DNA of 64,000 nt from assembly GCA_964524895.1 (NCBI GenBank), contig CAZGFG010000001.1, positions 54,936 to 118,935 of the forward strand. The letters are read 5' to 3'. The position numbers and the translations under genes are program-made. The DNA comes from an uncultured Gammaproteobacteria bacterium (lineage in GTDB: Bacteria; Patescibacteriota; Microgenomatia; Daviesbacterales; UBA10151). This document shows positions 58,220-64,000 of the stretch, in pieces. The stretch's first letter is position 1. Every line of letters begins with the position of its first letter. The notes under the pieces were generated by a model, which did no database searches, was not told where the DNA came from, and saw only the letters and a list, made by a program, of their open reading frames with translations.

Positions 58220-59130
58220 GAATTGCTTTCGTAAACACTCTATATAAGATAGCCAGTAAAAATCAGAAAATAATACTGATAACCGGAGATTTGGGTTTTT
58301 CTGTTTTTGAAGATTATACTTATAAACTTCCAAAACAGTATCTAAACGCAGGGGTTGCAGAACAGAATATGACTGGAATCGCCGCCGGGATGGCTATGGA
58401 AGGGAAAACTCCCTTTATATACTCTATCGTTCCTTTTGTAACAATGAGGAATTTTGAACAGATAAGAAATGATGTTTGTTTCCAAGGGTTAAATGTAAAA
58501 ATCGTAGGGGTAGGAAGTGGTTATTCATATGGGATCAATAGCTATACACACTACGGATTGGAGGATGTGGGCATCCTAAGAACCTTACCGGGGATTACAA
58601 TACTTTCTCCAGGTGATCCTATTGAAACCGAGCTCGCTACAATTGCTGCCAGTAAGATGAAGGGACCTGTATATTTGCGTTTAGGAAAAGCTGGTGAACC
58701 AAAAGTTCATAAAAAATATCCCAAGTTTGAGATCGGTAAAGGAATCGTTTTAAGAGACGGAAAAAATATAGCTCTGATTACTTCAGGTACCATGCTTCCT
58801 ATAGCTGCTCAAGTTGCGGATATGTTAAAAGACAAATTATCAGTTAAGCTTATAAGCATGCATACTATTAAACCTTTAGACATAGCCTTGATTAAGAAAA
58901 TATCAAATCAAGTAAAAGCAATCTTTACTCTTGAGGAACACACGATTGTTGGAGGGTTAGGATCTGCCATAGCTGAAGTTCTCTCAGAACAAGGCAAAGG
59001 GATAATTTTCAAGAGATTTGCCTCTCCTGACCGCTTTAATAAAATTGTTGGCAACCAGCAGTTTATGCGTGCACAAACCGGCCTCTCAACAGACCATATT
59101 GTAAAAGAGATTAAAGAAATAATGAAGTAA
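58216..59130 (+). CDS. Transketolase, C-terminal (pyrimidine-binding plus C-terminal domain) subunit.
   Basis: GDLGFSVFEDY...GVAEQNMTGIAAGMAMEGKTPF..., 304 aa, ATGA-overlapped with the N-terminal subunit. Confidence 0.85.
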   Translation: MRIAFVNTLYKIASKNQKIILITGDLGFSVFEDYTYKLPKQYLNAGVAEQNMTGIAAGMAMEGKTPFIYSIVPFVTMRNFEQIRNDVCFQGLNVKIVGVGSGYSYGINSYTHYGLEDVGILRTLPGITILSPGDPIETELATIAASKMKGPVYLRLGKAGEPKVHKKYPKFEIGKGIVLRDGKNIALITSGTMLPIAAQVADMLKDKLSVKLISMHTIKPLDIALIKKISNQVKAIFTLEEHTIVGGLGSAIAEVLSEQGKGIIFKRFASPDRFNKIVGNQQFMRAQTGLSTDHIVKEIKEIMK

Positions 59131-59131
59131 C

Positions 59132-59938
59132 TTACCTCTTATTTCTTAACTTAGAAAGTTTTTTTCTTCCTATAAACATAACAGCTGGACTAAAAAAGTA
59201 TGTTTCAAATCCTCTCTCCCCAAATAAAATTCTCAGTGTTGGATTGATTATATACTCCAAATAACAAACTATCTTTAATACAAAATACCTTATATTTTTT
59301 TTCTCCATGGGAAATCTAAACTTAAACGTTCCGTAATTTTTACAAAAAAGCGTTTGAATTTTGGATACATTACATACTTTTTCTAAAGCATCTTCATTCA
59401 TCAAATCCAGATTATGAAGTGGTATGAGATCAGGTCTTAAAATTTTTGCTTTTAATAAATTAAACCCTCTAAAGCGCGGAATTTGAATAATCATATAACC
59501 ACCAGGTTTTAATATGTCATAATGAATCTTAACAGCCTTCTCAGGAGGAATTATATGCTCAGCAAATCCATAGGAAAATACGACATCAAAGCAGTCTTTA
59601 TATTTTTTAAGAAACTGTTTATCGAAGGCGTCTTTGATTATCGTTTTAACCCCATTTTTGGAAGCTTCTTTTGCTGCCTCTTTGGAATACTCTACTCCGT
59701 AAGGTCGACAACCTAACATCTTGGCAAATTTTTTAAGTAGTTTTCCGTCACCGCTACCAATTTCACAGATTCTTGCTTTTTTATTTGAAAACCTGGGTAT
59801 GTATTTTTGTATTAAAACGTCACATAAAAAGATATCGTAAGAGCTAAAAATACCGACTTTTGGCCTTATATGAATTTTACGTTCTCCTGAATAATAGTCC
59901 TCCCAGACAGATTGTTTATATTTATTAGAAACCTTCAT
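59132..59938 (-). CDS. Class I SAM-dependent methyltransferase (268 aa).
   Basis: Motif I ICEIGSGDGKLL, motif II DVVFSYGFAEHI, and LKPGGYMII. Confidence 0.75.
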   Translation of the reverse strand: MKVSNKYKQSVWEDYYSGERKIHIRPKVGIFSSYDIFLCDVLIQKYIPRFSNKKARICEIGSGDGKLLKKFAKMLGCRPYGVEYSKEAAKEASKNGVKTIIKDAFDKQFLKKYKDCFDVVFSYGFAEHIIPPEKAVKIHYDILKPGGYMIIQIPRFRGFNLLKAKILRPDLIPLHNLDLMNEDALEKVCNVSKIQTLFCKNYGTFKFRFPMEKKNIRYFVLKIVCYLEYIINPTLRILFGERGFETYFFSPAVMFIGRKKLSKLRNKR

Positions 59939-59950
59939 ATTAGAATTTAG

Positions 59951-60985
59951 CTAAACTCCTAATTTATCAAGCTCTTGGAAATAATTGTATTTTTTAACAG
60001 TCATTAATGTTTTCTCTCTTGTGCGAGAGATAATTATATCTCTCGCCTTTTTTATTACAAATCTAGGAAGGAATCCAGATAAACCAAAGATCAAAAAAAA
60101 TGGGTTACTAAGTAGAGAGGTATCTATCTTGACCATCCTTTTTAAAACTTCAGCATAATTTTTGTTATTTGAGAAAAATTTTATATTCGGTAAGAGAATT
60201 ATTATCCTTCGAACTAACTCCTTCTTGTATATATCATATTCCCGATCCGTAAAGATATTTCTAACTATGTCTATTTGTTCTTCCAAAAAAAAGGTACCAT
60301 AGTTTTTGATACTAAAGTAGGTCGGTATGTCACGAAGGCTCAAGTGTGCAACTATAAATAGATTAGGTATATAAACTATACCATGTTTTTTGATAACATC
60401 AAAGACGAGGGGAATATAGGAATGTCCCATGTGATTCACGATCCTACTTGTATCTATAAGGGAATTTTTAAGAACAAGACCTGTAGGAAATCCTAATCCA
60501 AAATTAAAGATCTTAAGCAATATGTCCTTTACTTTTTCTGGTTTTAAAATTACTTGTCTGTTACTTAAAGACGTTATTCGATAAGGAAATCTAGGTGAGG
60601 TATCATAAGCTATAGATCCGATTCTCCCAATCCCTACTTTTTTCTCCTTCATTACCTTTAATATTTCTAAAAGTGTGCGATCTCCTAAAATAAAGTCGTC
60701 ATCAGCTAAAATAAAAATATACTTCCCTGATGAATACTCTAAACATTTTTTAAGATTTAGTGCATAACCTAAATTCTGCTTATTCTTATAATATTTTATT
60801 CTCTTATCTTTGAAACATTTAACAACCTCTTCCGTATCATCTGTTGAACCATTATCGCTTATAATCACCTCTAATAAAATATTTTTCTGTCTTAAGGCAG
60901 AGTGCAGGGACAGTTTGAGGTAATTACTTCTATTAAAGGTTGGGATAACAATCGAAAAATCTATTTTTTTGGAAGATAGGATCAT
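59951..60985 (-). CDS. GT2 glycosyltransferase (GT-A fold).
   Basis: FSIVIPTFNRSNYL...EVIISDNGSTDDT and DDD. Confidence 0.8.
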   Translation of the reverse strand: MILSSKKIDFSIVIPTFNRSNYLKLSLHSALRQKNILLEVIISDNGSTDDTEEVVKCFKDKRIKYYKNKQNLGYALNLKKCLEYSSGKYIFILADDDFILGDRTLLEILKVMKEKKVGIGRIGSIAYDTSPRFPYRITSLSNRQVILKPEKVKDILLKIFNFGLGFPTGLVLKNSLIDTSRIVNHMGHSYIPLVFDVIKKHGIVYIPNLFIVAHLSLRDIPTYFSIKNYGTFFLEEQIDIVRNIFTDREYDIYKKELVRRIIILLPNIKFFSNNKNYAEVLKRMVKIDTSLLSNPFFLIFGLSGFLPRFVIKKARDIIISRTREKTLMTVKKYNYFQELDKLGV

Positions 60986-61063
60986 ATGGGATAATTAATT
61001 CGGAATTATATCATATAGTAATAACCTTCTATGATAGAATGTACAAATTAATTTAATACAACT

Positions 61064-62164
61064 ATGCAAAAGAAAATATATTTCTTTATTGGTACTACAG
61101 CCGAGCTTATAAAAGTTGCTCCCGTTATAAAAGAACTTAAGGAAAGAAGGGTCGATTTTAAGGTAATCTCCTCTAATCAAAATGTTTTGTATTTTGAAGA
61201 ACTCAAACCCTTATTGGGAAAACAAACAGCTTACTACAAGAGCGTTCTCAAACCATTCAGTTTGCCTTCTAATAACGAATATTTCAGGTTTATATTCTGG
61301 GCCATTAAGACTTTAGGAAACTTTATTTTATATTTCAAAAAAGAACTTAAAGAAATCAGTAAAAATAATGTTTACTTAATAGTTCACGGAGATACGGTCT
61401 CTTCTTTAATTGGAGCTATTATCGCCAGATTACAGGGGATTAAACTTGTTCACATTGAAGCTGGATTAAGATCTTTTAATTTTTTTGAACCTTTCCCAGA
61501 AGAAATAAATAGATTTATAATCTCTCATCTGGCAGATGTTCATTTTTGCCCAAATACCTGGTCTGTGAAAAATTTAAACAAGGTCAAAGGTGTAAAGATC
61601 GATACTAAAAACAATACTTCAATAGAATCACTACAAGAAAGCTTGAGATACTCAAAGAAAATAAGATATGTCAACAAAAAATACTTCCTGCTAATACTAC
61701 ATCGACAGGAGCATGTTATGTACAAAAAACAAGAAGCGATCAAATATCTGAATTTCCTACTTGAGTGTGCTAGAGATGATTTAGTTTGTATTTTGGTTCT
61801 TCATAAACTAACCGAAAAGTTACTAAAAGTAGGGCATCTTAAAAATAGAGTAAGTAGAAATAAGAATGTTATTATAGTTCCAAGATTACCTTATATTAAA
61901 TTTACAAATCTGATGAGAGAAGCAGAATTTGTAGCTACAGATGGTGGTAGCAACCAAGAAGAATGCCATTATCTAGGAAAACCATGCTTAATACTCAGGA
62001 ATACATCTGAAAGAATAGAGGGAATAGGTGAAAATGCTGTGTTGTGTAAAGGAAATGAGAATATTTTAAAGGATTTTGTAGAAAACTATAGAAAGTATAA
62101 TAGAAAACCGGTAAGATTTGTGACAAGACCTTCTAAAATAATTGTTGATCACTTAATTAAATAG
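61064..62164 (+). CDS. UDP-N-acetylglucosamine 2-epimerase (WecB/NeuC family).
   Basis: IVHGDTVSSL, HIEAGLRSFN (H.EAGLR[ST]) and PEEINR motifs. 366 aa. Confidence 0.8.
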   Translation: MQKKIYFFIGTTAELIKVAPVIKELKERRVDFKVISSNQNVLYFEELKPLLGKQTAYYKSVLKPFSLPSNNEYFRFIFWAIKTLGNFILYFKKELKEISKNNVYLIVHGDTVSSLIGAIIARLQGIKLVHIEAGLRSFNFFEPFPEEINRFIISHLADVHFCPNTWSVKNLNKVKGVKIDTKNNTSIESLQESLRYSKKIRYVNKKYFLLILHRQEHVMYKKQEAIKYLNFLLECARDDLVCILVLHKLTEKLLKVGHLKNRVSRNKNVIIVPRLPYIKFTNLMREAEFVATDGGSNQEECHYLGKPCLILRNTSERIEGIGENAVLCKGNENILKDFVENYRKYNRKPVRFVTRPSKIIVDHLIK

Positions 62165-62165
62165 C

Positions 62166-62993
62166 GTGAGATATTTATGCTTCAGATTTGATGTAGACAC
62201 TCATAAGTGCCTTAGGGATGGCGTACCAAATCTATTGAAACTATCAAACCGTCACCAAGTTAAATTCACTTTCTTTATCAATGTAGGTAAGACAGTAGAT
62301 AGACTACATTTCTTTCAGATTGAAGGTCGGCCACTAAAAGATAACATTAAGTTACTGTCCCCTCTTAAAAAATTAGGAGTTAAGGATTATATGTTAATAT
62401 CCTTTTTAAATCCTCTCATTGGTAAGAGTTATCCAGAAAAGATACGAATGATATATAGATATGGACATGAGATAGGATTACACGGAGGGAGGAATCATCA
62501 GGCCTGGTCTAATGAGGCAAAAACTTGGTCCTCTAAAAAGATAAGAGGAGAGTTAATATGGGGGATGAAAGTTTTAAAGGGAATTGATGATATTGATATA
62601 AAGGGATTTGCATCACCGGGTTGGAGTGGATCGGCAAAGATAAATCGTATTCTGCAAAAACTTGGTTTTTTATATGTTTCAGACAGTCATACGGATAAAG
62701 CATTAGAAAAAATCATACAAAAGGGTGGGCTCAGAGATATCCCTACCAACATTGCAGGTGAGCCAGGTGGAGTAGGTTATATTGAATACTGTAGGGCCTC
62801 CAATATGAATGACTCAAAAATTCTTGCTGATCTTAAGGAAAAAATAAATCAGCGAAAAAAATTATCAGTCGTTTACGATCATCCTTTTTATGCTGGGACC
62901 AAGGAGTTGGATTTAATAAATAAGATGATTAAACTTGCAAAAAGTATGAATGTGAGAATTTTGATGCTTAAGGATGTTTTAAATAAAATATGA
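62166..62993 (+). CDS. ArnD-like polysaccharide deacetylase-fold enzyme (CE4-like; 4-deoxy-4-formamido-sugar-phosphopolyprenol deformylase homologue).
   Basis: [35 protein letters not shown] parallels E. coli ArnD [49 protein letters not shown] parallels HEVGLHAWDHHAW, and GFASPGW parallels AAAGW. Confidence 0.7.
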   Translation: [275 protein letters not shown]

Positions 62994-63733
62994 GAACTTT
63001 ATGCATCTTCCGAAATTCATATGAGGCAAGGTATATTTCAAATATGTTAGACAAGACAAGTTTAGTTAATACTATCGTTATAGAAAAAGGGGTTAAAGCA
63101 AAAGGGGAAAAGCTAAAAAGGTTCTTTGAAAAGACCAATATTTTCCGTATTCCTCTTTTATTAATAGATATATTAGCCATCTATATTTATTCAAAGGTAA
63201 CAACGCTAGAGATGAGAAAAAAGTTGGGAGAATATGAATATCCTCTAGATAAAATAAAACTTACTGTTGATGATGCTAATGACAAAGTTTGTTTTGATTT
63301 CATTAAGAGACAGAAGCCACAAATAATCTTCATTTATGGTACCTCTATTCTAAAAAAAGAGTTCCTGGATAGGATTAAAGCGCCTATCCTAAATATCCAT
63401 AGCGGGATTCTCCCAAAATATCGGAATGTTCATTCCGATTTCTGGGCATTCCTAAATAAAGACTTTGATAACATCGGAGTTTCTATAATTTATCTAGATT
63501 CGGGTATTGATAGCGGTGATTTAGCTGTACAAAGAAGAATAAAATATTCAAAAAGTGATGGGTTAATTGATATAAAGATTAAAATCTTAACCTTGATACC
63601 AACTCTAGTTAAATTTACGCTAGGAAAAATAAGCGAGGGAAAACTACCTAGAAAAAAGCAAAATGAATTAAAAAAGGGAGTCTTTTATACCCCTCAATTA
63701 ACTGACCTTATTAAACTATATGTTCATGATTAA
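62990..63733 (+). CDS. Formyltransferase-family protein (sugar N-formyltransferase, ArnA-N/Fmt-like).
   Basis: LNIHSGILPKYRNVHSDFWAFLN parallels the ArnA formyltransferase region [23 protein letters not shown] and the Fmt 'HxSLLPxxRG' motif. It is ATGA-overlapped with the ArnD-like gene. Confidence 0.65.
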   Translation: MRTLCIFRNSYEARYISNMLDKTSLVNTIVIEKGVKAKGEKLKRFFEKTNIFRIPLLLIDILAIYIYSKVTTLEMRKKLGEYEYPLDKIKLTVDDANDKVCFDFIKRQKPQIIFIYGTSILKKEFLDRIKAPILNIHSGILPKYRNVHSDFWAFLNKDFDNIGVSIIYLDSGIDSGDLAVQRRIKYSKSDGLIDIKIKILTLIPTLVKFTLGKISEGKLPRKKQNELKKGVFYTPQLTDLIKLYVHD

Positions 63734-63783
63734 GTCTTTTATTTTTGTTGTTGGTAACCTTCGAATAGGATATACTTTAGCCT

Positions 63784-64000
63784 ATGGGTTCCTACAATTT
63801 TAAAATTACTAAAAAGAACGACTTTTATGAAATAGCAGACGCCGGCAGGAACATTTTAATTCTTGCTAAAAATTATTTATTTGGAGAAAACATAGAATGG
63901 GAGAAAGAAATAAAAATTTGCAACTATAATTCTGAGCCGATTAATAATTTAATTATTGGAGATAATGTTTTTATGGGACACAATACAACTATTATGGTCC
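63784..64000 (+). CDS. Partial (5' end only) putative hexapeptide-repeat acetyltransferase.
   Basis: ORF open to the window edge. The C-terminal visible residues IIGDNVFMGHNTTIMV look like the start of a left-handed beta-helix (IGxNVxIG). Confidence 0.35.
   Translation, partial: MGSYNFKITKKNDFYEIADAGRNILILAKNYLFGENIEWEKEIKICNYNSEPINNLIIGDNVFMGHNTTIMV

Noticed and set aside
60995-61180. 61 aa ORF in the divergent region upstream of the WecB-like gene
   Set aside because: It overlaps the 5' end of the 2-epimerase gene on the opposite strand and occupies the likely promoter region. It has no motifs and is probably spurious.
1-64000. CRISPR arrays, tRNA/rRNA genes, transposases/integrases, prophage or defence-system genes, alternative (UGA-recoded) genetic code
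   Set aside because: No direct-repeat arrays, cloverleaf-like conserved RNA sequence, recombinase, nuclease or ATPase hallmark ORFs were seen. Intergenic space is minimal. Long uninterrupted ORFs with standard stops argue for genetic code 11.

Overview
This 64 kb window is low-GC (roughly one-third G+C), uses the standard genetic code and is almost fully coding, with about 50 genes in tight, often overlapping operons. It is essentially one large cell-envelope glycosylation island. There are no rRNA, tRNA or CRISPR features, and no transposase or integrase.

Main content:
- At least 11 large polytopic membrane proteins of the GT-C / YfhO-like kind in several paralogous families. Five are ~600 aa paralogues with an N-terminal DDW motif. 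Three of the larger proteins (740, 1165 and at least 1048 aa) form a second paralogous group with a C-terminal TM anchor; a 927 aa protein resembles YfhO.
- Five GT2 enzymes, including ArnC-like and DPM1/Ppm1-like polyprenyl-phosphate sugar synthases and one GT2–methyltransferase fusion.
- One GT4 and a second GT-B-like glycosyltransferase.
- Three paralogous ~208 aa SAM-methyltransferases, each translationally coupled to a giant membrane GT, plus further methyltransferases.
- Glycan-modifying enzymes: an MBOAT/AlgJ-like O-acylation pair, two NodU/CmcH-type carbamoyltransferases, an ArnD-like deformylase beside a sugar formyltransferase, and a partial hexapeptide acetyltransferase.
- Sugar-nucleotide and precursor genes: rfbF (CDP-glucose synthase), a CDP-glucose 4,6-dehydratase-like SDR, a DegT-family protein whose catalytic Lys is replaced by His (E1/ColD-type 3-dehydrase), an ALS-like ThDP enzyme (YerE-like), several NAD-dependent epimerase/reductases, a NeuB-family synthase, a WecB-like UDP-GlcNAc 2-epimerase, a UDP-sugar 6-dehydrogenase, a split transketolase, and a DHQS-like sugar-phosphate cyclase followed by an FGGY kinase and a HAD phosphatase.

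No Wzx, Wzy or ABC exporter is present in the window. This suggests extracytoplasmic, polyprenyl-phosphate-monosaccharide-driven glycosylation by the GT-C proteins. The composition, weak Shine-Dalgarno sites and paralogue expansion fit an uncultivated CPR/Patescibacteria-type or similar low-GC bacterium; that assignment is inference only.
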